This document shows, one piece after another, positions 22,951 to 34,703 of a stretch of 64,000 bases of DNA. The stretch spans positions 1-64,000 of the forward strand of contig JBHGNT010000031.1 of the NCBI GenBank assembly GCA_043228905.1, given 5' to 3'. Below the pieces are notes generated by a model, which was not told the origin of the DNA, did no database searches, and worked only from the letters and a program-made list of their open reading frames with translations. Position numbers and translations under genes: made by a program. How positions within the stretch are numbered: position 1 is the stretch's first letter; each line of letters begins with the position of its first letter. This stretch comes from Azolla caroliniana. Taxonomy: Eukaryota > Plantae > Polypodiophyta.

Positions 22951-25900
22951 TGTCGTGACGATTTTCGGCTACGGTGTGAAACCGAGTGAGACGAATAAAC
23001 CAAGGATGTGCAACATTGCACATACACTTAGCAAATAAGCCTCCTAAGGCCTAGTGGCACTTGAGTTCATACAGAGGGGTGCAAGCAAGGTTTGAACCTT
23101 GCACCTCTAAGATACAAGATAATTGCCTTACCACTAGGACAACTATCATATAGTGTAGATTTTATGTATTTCCTTTTCATATACAAATTATAGACGAAAC
23201 AACCATAGAAAACCATGTGCACAAAACCATGGTTTTAAACCCATGGTTTGTGCATGACATAAGCAAAACCGTGTGCACAAAACCATGGTTTTAGCCCATG
23301 GTTTTGTGCATGTCACGAGCATGGAAAGACCTATAAAAGCCTCTAGTTGGGCTTGTGTAAGGGGGGCTCAATATGTGATATCACCAACACCATTATCATC
23401 AATATAATTATATTTGTCTTTATCTTCTTCATTATTTTCTACTTCTCAAGTGTACAAGCTTTCTTCTTCTCAAGTGAACAAATTCCGTCTAATCTTACAT
23501 TGATCGTCATCTCTTCGATAATTCCGCGAACATCCTCCCCAGTCCAAGACCCCGGTGGTCACTCGAGTAGCACACGCATGCGCGAATCTTCGCGACATCA
23601 TTTGGTGAACCCAACGTGAAGAGCAGCAAGGGAGGACGAAGATGGATGGCGAATATCTCATGGAGGCAATGTCAAGAAGGATGATGGAGTTTCTGAGAGA
23701 AGGGAAAAGAAGAAATGAAGCCCAACAAGCCGTCGACAGGGTAGTCGAGCGAGTGAGCTATTTCAACGGCGCCGAAGTCCAAAGTTTCCTAAAAGTCTAC
23801 AATGCGGAGATGGATTCAAGAGGTGTGGACAAGGCTATGAGGCTAGAGTACTTTTGTCGGGTGGTGTCTCAACCGATCTTCAAAGATGTAAAAGAGCTTC
23901 TAGAAGCTCATGATTCGTGGGCGACTTTCAAGAAGGCTCTATTGGAGGAATATGGCTATGAGAGACTGAAGGGACAAGATCGACGCAACTTTGACCAATG
24001 GGTGACATCAGCGAAGACCCACCAAGGTGCGACACAAGCATTCGTAGACTTCGAGCATCATTTTTCTCAATTGTCGGAGCAGGAACAAAGATTGGTGGGG
24101 GTCGATAAGGTCCTTATGTTCGTGAAGTCAATCGATCGAATGGAAAGGATGGAGATCGGCCTCAAACTCGAAGAAGATGATGGTGCAAATGGCCTCATCG
24201 AGGATTGGAGCAAAGTGGAAAGTGTATGCCGACTACACGATAAGGGGCAAGCGAGAATATCGACGACAACAAGACGGCCCATGAGGGACGATCGAAGAGG
24301 GATGAGATGCAACAACGCGCCACCAACAAAAGAAATGAAGCTTAAAAGGGAGACAAAACCGAGGCGAATGGTGATCGAGGAAGAAGAGACCTCCCAACAA
24401 ATGCGGGTTAATGAAGTGGCCGATACAAAGGCTCTGGTTCGGTATGACGGTACCAAGAGAGAAGGTGTGAAACAAGTCACCTTCTTGCCTTACAAAGAAA
24501 CGACGGCGAAGGAGGAGGCCGATGACTCGAGGACGGCGAACGCCACTTCGAGGGAGGATAAATGTTTCGGAACACGCATTGTGTACGACATATCGGGTGA
24601 TGACGGCGCAAGCATGAGAAAAGCTTGCATGATCGAGGGAGAAAAAGTGTTTGAGTCTGAAGAGATTGAGGAGGTGGCTATGGACGAGTCGACAACGGAT
24701 AGCCATGTCAAGACTTTCTCCACGATTGTTCCAGAGACTTCGGCGGTTGCACCCGTGTGCCAATGTGAGACCGGAGAGACAGAAGGTGGTGACAGGAAGA
24801 CGAAGGCCCAACACAAGGAGGAAGAAGATCGAGGAAGAAAGGATATCCCCACACCTATTCTAGAGACTTCGGCGGTTGTGCATGTGCGCCAACGTGAGAC
24901 CGGAGAGACGGAATGTGTGGACAAAAAAGAGGACGACCGGAAGGGCGATGAAGAAGACAAGGTAAATGTGCATGAGCAAAGGGTTTCCTTCACACCGGTT
25001 CCGGAGACTTCGGCAGTCGAGACCGTGTGTCGGCATAAGACCGAAGATAAAGGAGGTGGCGAAGAGGAGACAATATGGCTCGCGGCGAGCATACACGGAG
25101 GGAAGGATATGGCCGGCGAGCACGCCAAGGATGAAGCCGCGGTTGAGTTCGATGGAGAGGTTGCATGCGGGAAGGAAGGAAGAGTCGAGAACCGGTCGAA
25201 CCGGAAGACGATCCGGACGAGATTCCGGCCCGAACGAAGGAAGATCCACATGGGAGCCGATCGACCAGGGACGACCCGGCCGAAACCTGATTCGGCGAAA
25301 ATCGATCGAACAATTCCAATCCAAAAGGGGGTTGACCCAGCCAGAATCAATCGGTCGAGCCCGACTCGGGGAAATGCGAATGTAGACGAAGGCCAACCGA
25401 GCCAAGAAGCGATCGGCGGAGACCAATCCGGAGAAGGGCAAACCTGGCATAATCGAAGATGGACACGAACGATCCACAACACCCGGTTGAAGACGGTGAG
25501 CGCGAGGAGTGGCCAGGAACCCAATCGAAGGACAAGCGCGGTGGACGAAGGAAGAGCGATCGTATCGACGACATCGTTCGGTAGATCTACTACAACCGAT
25601 CGGGGAAGAAGGTGTGAGCGCCGGATATGGTGGATCGGGTGGCTACGGTGGTTCGGTTGGAAAGATTGCGCATACTCGAAGTGGAAGACGAAGTCAGACG
25701 AGGTCGACGAGTGTGCAGAGGAACTCGGTTGATCACCGTTGCCAAAGATCTCACCTCTTCACCTTTCTCGGCACATACCGGAGGATGTGCGGGTTTGGTG
25801 GGGGTGGATGTCGTGACGATTTTCGGCTACGGTGTGAAACCGAGTGAGACGAATAAACCAAGGATGTGCAACATTGCACATACACTTAGCAAATAAGCCT

Positions 25901-26455
25901 CCTAAGGCCTAGTGGCACTTGAGTTCATACAGAGGGGTGCAAGCAAGGTTTGAACCTTGCACCTCTAAGATACAAGATAATTGCCTTACCACTAGGACAA
26001 CTATCATATAGTGTAGATTTTATGTATTTCCTTTTCATATACAAATTATAGACGAAACAACCATAGAAAACCATGTGCACAAAACCATGGTTTTAAACCC
26101 ATGGTTTGTGCATGACATAAGCAAAACCGTGTGCATAAAACCATGGTTTTAGCCCATGGTTTTGTGCATGTCACGAGCATGGAAAGACCTATAAAAGCCT
26201 CTAGTTGGGCTTGTGTAAGGGGGGCTCAATATGTGATATCACCAACACCATTATCATCAATATAAATATATTTGTCTTTATCTTCTTCATTATTTTCTAC
26301 TTCTCAAGTGTACAAGCTTTCTTCTTCTCAAGTGAACAAATTCCGTCTAATCTTACATTGATCGTCATCTCTTCGATAATTCCGCGAACATCCTCCCCAG
26401 TCCAAGACCCCGGTGGTCGCTCGAGTAGCACACGCACGCGCGAATCTTCGCGACA
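22951..26455 (+). mobile_element. Element E: non-autonomous gag-only (TR-GAG-like) LTR element
   Basis: 647-bp near-identical LTRs 22951-23597 and 25809-26455; TSD CCGG; PBS 23603-23620; single ORF, no pol. Confidence 0.92.
23642..25732 (+). CDS. Gag N-terminal domain fused to charged, repeat-containing tail (696 aa, open)
   Basis: N-terminal ~200 aa homologous to C/D gag; no Zn knuckle or protease; three (P/L)ETSAV repeats. Confidence 0.8.
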   Translation: MDGEYLMEAMSRRMMEFLREGKRRNEAQQAVDRVVERVSYFNGAEVQSFLKVYNAEMDSRGVDKAMRLEYFCRVVSQPIFKDVKELLEAHDSWATFKKALLEEYGYERLKGQDRRNFDQWVTSAKTHQGATQAFVDFEHHFSQLSEQEQRLVGVDKVLMFVKSIDRMERMEIGLKLEEDDGANGLIEDWSKVESVCRLHDKGQARISTTTRRPMRDDRRGMRCNNAPPTKEMKLKRETKPRRMVIEEEETSQQMRVNEVADTKALVRYDGTKREGVKQVTFLPYKETTAKEEADDSRTANATSREDKCFGTRIVYDISGDDGASMRKACMIEGEKVFESEEIEEVAMDESTTDSHVKTFSTIVPETSAVAPVCQCETGETEGGDRKTKAQHKEEEDRGRKDIPTPILETSAVVHVRQRETGETECVDKKEDDRKGDEEDKVNVHEQRVSFTPVPETSAVETVCRHKTEDKGGGEEETIWLAASIHGGKDMAGEHAKDEAAVEFDGEVACGKEGRVENRSNRKTIRTRFRPERRKIHMGADRPGTTRPKPDSAKIDRTIPIQKGVDPARINRSSPTRGNANVDEGQPSQEAIGGDQSGEGQTWHNRRWTRTIHNTRLKTVSARSGQEPNRRTSAVDEGRAIVSTTSFGRSTTTDRGRRCERRIWWIGWLRWFGWKDCAYSKWKTKSDEVDECAEELG

Positions 26456-27351
26456 CCGGTCGAGGAGAAGACGGGCTTCGTAGAAGCCGCCTGCCGAAAC
26501 TACGAGGCTCTGGTGGAAGACAAACGAGTGGGGAAAGCCGGAGCGGTCGAGCCCTCACAACGATACGAGACCCGATTCGGGCAACGACAGAACGATGCCG
26601 GTGGGTCCAGCGCGCAAGATAACCCCAGGAAGGGCGGATACCGACTGGGAACGGAAATAGAAAGGACCACAGACCTGCGAAAGGTCCTAGAAGAGCGGAT
26701 CCTCGACAGCAAAGTGGAGCTGTCATTGCGGGAGGTGCTAGGGATCGCTAAGAAGGAGTTCCACGACTCCATTGTAGACTTGGTGAAGCGGAAGAGGCTG
26801 TCGACGGAGACGGAATCGGAGAGACCGGTGGAGGTGCGAACGACGCACATCGACGACTTGGCGCTGGAAGATGAGTGGGCGGAGAGCGACTATTCGAGGC
26901 CACACTAGGCCCGAGCGACCACGGAGACCCCGGTAAAGATCGGAGATGTTCAGGAACCGGTGGTGGCATTGGTGGACCACGGTTCGGAAATAAACCTGAT
27001 GTCCATGGACTTCTATAAGAAAGGAAAGTGGCCGATCAACACCAAGCACGGGTGGAAGATACGGGCGGCGACGCGCGCCACCGAGGAACTGCACGGGGCC
27101 TGCCCGAACGTGCGGGTCAAGATCGGCGACGTCGAGATTGACCAGCACTTCTTCGTACAGGAGACGTCCTCGCACCCGGTCATATTAGGGGAACCATACA
27201 TCACGGCGGCGCGGATGGAGACCAAGGTGCTGGACAATGGTTTGGCCTACGCGAGGGTCAAAAGCCAGGACGGGCGCCATTCGGTCCAATTTCTGACGGT
27301 GCGACCGAACCACGAGCGAAACCGCGAATCCCTCGGTGGCGAGAACCGGGA

Positions 27352-30300
27352 GGATTTTTAGAGAGGGCTGCCAAGGCGTGGGGCCGAGACAGCCCGGACA
27401 CTCGGGAAAGACCCCATGGCTGTACGATAGAACCGAAACCGAAGGAACCCTGTACGATAGGTAGGAAATTTTGCTTCTCCAACAACGGAGGGTGTATGAT
27501 AGTCGGCATCGTTGGCCGAGAAAAGACAAGGGCGGAAGTGCGACTTCGAGCGTGCAGAGTTCTCGGCCCGGACGAGGAAATCAGCGGAGCTGTGGAGGCG
27601 GTCTCCTTCGATGACACCTTGGGAATGCTGAGGAAGGTAGCCGGAGAAGAGCTTAACGAAGACCGGACGATACCGGTATGTTCCGAAGAGATGTACGAAG
27701 TCATCGCGAACTTCAGTCAGGGGCTCGGGTCGGATCGGACGGCCCGAGTTAGCACGAAGTACAAGACTGTGGACCGGAAGGTAAGGCCAGTCGCGGCACC
27801 CTTACCGGAGGGCAGCGAGTCCCGAATCAGAGGGGTTGCGTCGGACCCCAGTTTACGAGATCCGGTCTGCATAGGACACACCTTCACCGACGGGACGCTC
27901 CGGGAGCTCAAAATCGGTGGGGGCGGGTTCCTACTGCCGGCGGAGGAAGACCGGTTTCGGAGAATGCTCAGATGGCACGGGAAAGCTTTCGCATTCTCAC
28001 CGGGAGAGATCGGGTGCGTAGACCCGACAATCGTGGAGCCAATGGTGATATTCACGGTACCGCATGTACCGTGGAATCTCAAGCCGATTCCAGTACCGAG
28101 AGCTCACATCCCGAAGTTGATGGAGCTATTGAGGCAGAAAGTCGATATGGGCATTCTCGAACCGTCAAGTGCCCCATACTCGAACCGATGGTTTACCGTA
28201 CCAAAGAAAAACGGAACATTGCGCTTCATTCAAGACCTGCAGCCGGTCAACAGAGTGACCATTCGGAACACAGGAATCGGACCAACCATAGACGAGTTCA
28301 CGGAGGCCTTCGCCGGAAGGTCGATTTATTCGGTCGGTGATCTGTACTTGGGGTACGACCAGTTCCAGCTAGCCGTGGAGAGCAGAGACATTACGACGAT
28401 GCGAACTCCCCTCGGCCTAGTACGAATGTGTACCCTGCCACAAGGAGGGACCAACTCGGTGGCCCACATGGTGAATGCAATGAACAAGGTACTGAGGGAT
28501 TGCATCCCGGACATCACCATGCCATTTCTAGACGACATCCCGATAAAAGGGTGCCCGGTGGAAGAGAAGGACAAGACACTTGGGCCGGACGAGTGCCGGC
28601 GATTCATGGCAACACACATCAACGACTGCGAGAAGGTGCTACAAAGGTTAGAGGATGCGAGGCTCACCTTCTCCGGGGAGAAATCGGCCTTCGGGCAATC
28701 AGAAATCCTAGTGGTCGGACACCTATGTGGACCATATGGCTGGAAGCCGTCTCCGGCAAAGGTAGAAGCCATCTCCGCGATGAAGACCGACTGTAGCTCG
28801 GTTACGGAAGTTCGGAGGTTCCTGGGGGCGTGCGCATTCTACCACATATGGATCCCGCATTACGCCCACGTTGCGGAGCTGCTATACGGGTTGCTGAAGA
28901 AAGGGCGAAAATTCGAGTGGCGAGACGAGCACACGGATTCGGTCCGGAAGCTGAAGGAAGCTCTTGCGGCTGCACCGGCGCTCCGGAAGGCTGTCTACGG
29001 GAAGGGTACCCCGGTATACATAACGGTGGATACGAGTCCGACCGGGATCGGATGGGTCGTCAACCAAGAAGACAAGGACGACATTCGGTTCCCGATCCGA
29101 TTCTGCGCGAAGGTCCTCAGTGAGCGACAACGAGGGTACGCCCAGGTTAAACGCGAACTCTAGGGTATTGTTTTGGCAGTAAAGGCCAACAAAGACTACC
29201 TGATCGGGACAGATGTGATTATCGAGACGGATTGCCTGCCAATTCTCCGCATGGTTTCCGAATGCGCGACACCAGACCTGGCGATGCTCAGGTGGATAGC
29301 GTACATCAAGTCCCTGGACTCGGAAATACGACACATTTCCGGAAAGGACAACACCATGGCCGACATGCTTTCGAGGGCGAGGTTTGATGACGAGGGTGGC
29401 ATGGTTTCGGAGGACGAAGAAGTCGGGGTAGACTTCTTCGAGGCAGCGTACGTGACGACCGATGGGACGAGCACTCCGGCGCTTAACGGCTTCGACGAGA
29501 GCAAGTACGACGGCGAGTGGTTCCAGATCGGTGGTTTCTTGAGGACAATGACGCCGGATGCGTCGTGGACGAGGGACGAGACCAACCGGATCCGGAAGAA
29601 AGCATACCGATTCTTTCTTCGGGATGGATACTTATGGAAGCACCCGAAGAAGAGGAACGGCGTCCCGCTCCGGGTGGTGGCGATGAAGGAAGAACAGGAG
29701 GAGCTGCTGACGGCCTACCACGATAGCCCTTGTGCTGGACACCGTGGAACGTGGGCCACTTTCGAGAAGATAAAGGGGAAGTACTAGTGGCCGGGACTGT
29801 ACCGGGACGTGCATCGGTTCGTGAATACTTGCGAGAGCTGTCAGATGCACTCCGTAGTCCGACATCGGGACGAGCTTCACCCTACGTACCCTCCGACCAT
29901 CCACTTCAAATGGATGGTAGACCTGGTGACGATGCCGATGGGAGTAGGACAGATGTGGTATCTGGTCCTGGCTCGGGAAGATCTGACGAACCAGGTGGAA
30001 GGCCGAGCCCTTCAGAACAAAACGACCGCGGTTGTATGTCGGTTCCTGATTGAGGACGTCATATGCCGGTACGGGTGCGTCGGGAAGATCGTGGCTAATC
30101 GCGGGGAGTTGGACGCCGAAGAGGCCAAGGAGCTGTTCGACCGGCTAGGAGTCAAGCTCTCGCTTACCACTGCGTACAATCCGGAGGCGAATGGAAAGGT
30201 GGAGCGCGGTCACGAACCGATCGTCAAGGCGTTAGTTCGGGCATGCGGAGGTCAAGTCGGGAACTGGCCGCGGCTGTTGCCTTACGCGTTGTGGGCTGAC

Positions 30301-30855
30301 CGAACTACGCACAGTTCGGTAACCGGATTCATGCTGGCAGAGCTCATGTTTGGGCAGAAGCCGATCATGCCGATGGAACATACGATCTTCTCATGGGCAA
30401 CCGTGGACTGGAGAGACGAGATGAGCCGGGAGGAACTATTGGCGGCGCACATACGTCAGCTCGAGCGAAGGCCGGAGGACGTGGAGCAGGCTGCGGGAAA
30501 GCTTCGGGATGCAAGGATGAGGAACAAAGCTCGGTTCGACCGAACGCACCGGCTCCGACCGGAGAAGATCGAGGAAGGCGACTAGGTGCTAGTCTACAAC
30601 AACAGCCTCGACAACCAGCACCGAGCGACACGGAAGTTCGCAAGAAGGTGGTTCGGGCCTTACGTGGTACAAAGCGCCAACGACAACGGGACGTACCATC
30701 TGGCGGAACTCGACGGCACGAGAATGGCGATATCGGTAGCTGGGAAGCGGATCAAAGCGTTCAAGAAGCGTCACGACGACGAGCCGGATCCGGTTAACCT
30801 GGACCGCGACGACGAACGATCCGAAACCAAGGAAGAACCGACGGGCGGGGAATGA
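27352..30855 (+). pseudogene. D pol (RT-RH-IN) in -1 frame, several nonsense codons
   Basis: LPQGGTNS; MPFLDD; VDTSPTGIG; YHDSPCAGH..CESC; AYNPEANGKVER; WFGPY. Confidence 0.93.
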
Positions 30856-31558
30856 AGGCTGGACGGGTTTTCTCCGTCCCAACTCAATTTGGCGCATGCC
30901 GGTGGATGCGCGGTTAGGTGGGGGCGGATGTCGTGAAGAAAACCGTCCACAAGCGGAATCGGTGCACCGAGGCGTAGGAACCGGCTCTTCATGCACGTAC
31001 GCCTTATGTTGTACATAGAAGATCCTAGGTAGGTAGATTCGGTAGGTAGGAAGTTAATGGGAAACGGCTCCTTCCTTGCCTATAAAAGGAGTGAGACGGG
31101 GAGGGGGGGAAGGGTTCGCGGTTAGAGAGGACGAAGTGTTGTCGGGTTGTCGGCCGAAGGCTTCTCTCTCTTTCAAAACTCCATAGCTTCTTTCTGTGCA
31201 GGTTTCGGGAGGCTCGCGCTGCTCTGAGGAATGCCCGACTGCTTCCGGCAGCACCTCCAACCTACTCCTTTCTTTCTGTGCGTTTACGAACAGGCATCGG
31301 CATCTGTTCGCCGGCCTGTTCGGTTGTAACCGACTTCGTGCTTCTTGTTGTTTGTCCTTGTTAATATATATATACATACATTCGTGTCTCTCTGCGTCGG
31401 TGTCCCACTCGCGTCTTTGTGTCGAGGGTCGTGTCCCTGAGAATCTGCGCTCGCACGTAGTGGGTCTCTTCCCTTCTCCTTTCTCTCTTGCTTTTCGGTG
31501 CAAGACCCCCGAGGTCCCGCCTCATTTCACGCATGCGCGAGGAATACCTCGACATTGT

Positions 31559-34500
31559 GATTTCGGTTAACTCCGTCAACATGTACGCTATCATCGATGA
31601 ATACCGTCGTGGCATCTCGATGAAGGAAGCTGACATCAACACGAAATATAAAACGGTGGATAAGAAGATCAAGCCAGTTGCGGTTCCGCTACCGGAAGAT
31701 AGCTGGCAAAAGATGAAGGAAGTCATGACTTCACCAAAGAGACGAAGGGGAAGCTACGAGTTGGAAAGGAGGATTTCCTTCTCCCTAAAGAGGAGCGAAT
31801 GTTTCGCGATATGCTTGAGAGACATGGGAAGGCTTTCGCATTCTTCCCACGAGAAATCGGATGCGCCGACCCAAAGGTTATAGAGCCGATGGTGATCTTC
31901 ACGGTGCCTCATGTGCCTTGGAATTTGAAACCGATACCGGTTCCGAGAGCACACCTTCCGAAGCTGATCGAGCTCTTAAAGGAGAAGGTGAGTATGGGAA
32001 TTCTAGAACCGTCGAATGCTCCTTATTCCAATAGGTGGTTCACGGTGCCGAAGAAGAATGGATCATTGCGATTCATTCAAGATCTTCAACCCATCAACAA
32101 GGTGACAATTCGAAATGCTGGAATTGGTCCGAGCGTGGACGAATTTGCCGAAGCGTTTGCGGGCCGGTCCATCTACTCCATTGGCAATCTCTACTCCGGA
32201 TATGACCAATTCCAATTGGCGATCGACAGTCGGGACATTACAACCATGAGGACTCCGATCGGGCTTGTGCGGATGTGTACCTTACCCCAAGGCGCAACGA
32301 ACTCGGTGGCTCATATGGTGAATGCCATGAATAAAGTCTTGAAGGATTGCATTCCGGACATCACGATGCCATTCTTGGATGATATTCCAATAAAAGGATG
32401 TTCGGATGAGGAGAAAGATGAATCGAAAGATAAGGAAGGTTGTAGAAAGTTCGTTGCGGATCATATGAAAGATTGCGAGAAGGTGCTTCAAAGGCTCGAA
32501 GATGCGAATTTGACATTTTCGGGAGAAAAATCCGCATTCGGGCAACCAGAGATCTTGGTGGTAGGTCACTTGTGTGGAGCATACGGCCGGAAGCCCTCGC
32601 CATCCAAAGTGAACGCAAGCAATCCAAGACATGAAAGAAGAATGCGAAAACCAAACGGAGGTTCGAAGGTTCCTTGGAGCGTGCGCGTTTTATCATATAT
32701 GGATTCCTCACTACGCTCATGTCGCCGAACCGTTATATGGACTACTAAAGAAAAGAATAAAGTTCGAATGGCGAGACGAGCACACAAAGGCGATGCGAAG
32801 ATTAAAGAAACTGCTTCTTGAAGCTCCGGCACTAAGGAAGGCCGACTATGCCGAAGGGAAACCAATTTACGTGACCGTAGATACGAGTCCAACCGGAATC
32901 GGGTGGGTCATCAACCAAGAAGGTGAAGATAATGCGCGATATGTCGTCCGGTTCGGAGCAAAGGTTCTCAGCGAACGGCAACAAAGATATGCCCAAGTCA
33001 AGCGGGAACTTTGGGGTATTGTGTCAGCAGTGAAGACGGACAAAGATTACCTGATCGGGTCAGAAGTGATAATAGAGATAGATTGTCTCCCAATTCTTGG
33101 AATGGTCTCGGGATGTGCGACCCCAGATCTTGCTATGCTAAGGTGGATCGCCTACATCAAGTCTTTAAACCCAGAGATCCGTCACATTGTAGGGAAGAAC
33201 GTCATGGCTGACATGCTGTCGAGGGCAAGATTTTCAAATGGAAGTAACATGGTTTCGGAAGATGAAGATGTCGCGCTCGACTTCTTCAAGATGGCTCGAT
33301 TGTCGGCAGAAGACCAGGACACACAAACCCTCCACGCCTTCAACGAGAACGAGTACGAAGGAGAGTGGTTACTCATCGGTAGATTCCTAAGAACATTGAC
33401 GGCGGATGCTTCGTTGACAAAGGAGGAGGCCCTACGAATCCGAAAGAAAGCTTACCGATACTTCTTGAAGGGAGGATTCCTTTGGCGACATCCAAAAAGA
33501 AGGACAGGAATACCACGTCGAGTGGTGGTAAAGAAAGAAGAGCAAGAGACGCTGATGACCAAATTCCACGAGAGTGCTTGGGCAGGTCATAGAGGAACAT
33601 GGGCGACGTTCGAAAAGTTGAAGGAGAAGTACTGGTGGCCAAGCATGTACAAAGATGTACTCCATTTCGTGTCCACATGCGAAACTTGCCAAGTATATTC
33701 AAATATACATCATCATGATGAGTTAAAGCCGACATACCCACTCACCATACACTTCAAATGGATGGTGGATCTTGTCTCGATGCCAATGGGAGTGGGACAA
33801 ATGAAGTACTTAGCGCTGGCAAGGGAAGACTTGACAAATCAAGTGGAAGGATGAGCCTTGACAAATAAGACGACTTCAGCCGTTTGCAAATTTCTACTTG
33901 AAGATGTTGTTTGCCGATATGGATGTGTAGGGAAGATAGTGGCCGACCGAGGGGAGTTGGACGCGCACGAAGCGACGGAGCTCTTCGAAAGACTAGGCGT
34001 GAAGCTCTCCCTCACGACTGCCTACAATCCGGAAGCAAATGGGAAGATCGAGCGAGGGCATGGACCTATCGTTAAAGCCATCGTACGAGCATGCAACGGT
34101 CGAGTCGGGAATTGGCCACGACTATTACCCTATGCCTTGTGGGCCGATAGAACGACACATAGCTCGGTGACAGGGTATATGCCGACGGAGGTTATGTATG
34201 GACAAAAGCCGATTATGCCCATCGAAAGGACGATCGCCTCATGGGTAGCGATACCGTGGGAGAACGAGATGAGCCAAGAAGAGTTATTAGCGGCGCGGAT
34301 AAGGCAACTTGAAAGAAGACCTGAAGATTTAGAAAAAGCGCAAAAGATGATGAAAGCAACCCGAGTAAAGAACAAAGTTCGGTTCGACAACACGCATCGA
34401 CTTCGTCCCAAGAAGATTGAAGAAGGGGATTGGGTTTTGGTTTACGACAGCACCCTTGACAATCAACACAGTACAACAAGGAAGCTTGCAAGAAGATGGT

Positions 34501-34703
34501 TCGGGCCGTATGTGGTGACAAGTGCCAACGATAATGCCACATACCACCTTGCGGAACTAGACGGATCAAGGTTGGTCGTACCCATTGCGGGAAAAAGAGT
34601 AAAGCTTTTCAAGAAAAGACAAGACAAGGATCCTGACCTCGATTACCTCGACGATGAACATAATAGCCCGGATGAAAATGAAGACATGGAGGAATCTAAT
34701 TGA
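31559..34703 (+). pseudogene. C pol (RT-RH-IN), continuing from 20746-21056
   Basis: LPQGATNS; MPFLDD; HESAWAGH..CETC; WFGPY; frameshifts, a deletion and a stop. Confidence 0.93.

Larger units (their letters stand above)
21726..27361 (+). pseudogene. D gag-protease (21726-22950 + 26460-27361), interrupted by E
   Basis: CMWCDEVGHIRKDC; VALVDHGSEINLM; GWSDP|VEEKTG rejoins across E. Confidence 0.88.
21057..31554 (+). mobile_element. Element D: tRNA-Trp-primed gypsy, same lineage as C
   Basis: 626-bp LTRs 21057-21682 and 30929-31554; PBS 21686-21703; imperfect 4-bp TSD GCGT/TTGT whose removal restores the C pol frame. Confidence 0.92.

Noticed and set aside
24490-25524. Long antisense ORFs (344 aa here and many others in TEs)
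   Set aside because: Shadow frames of GC-rich coding strands; no motifs
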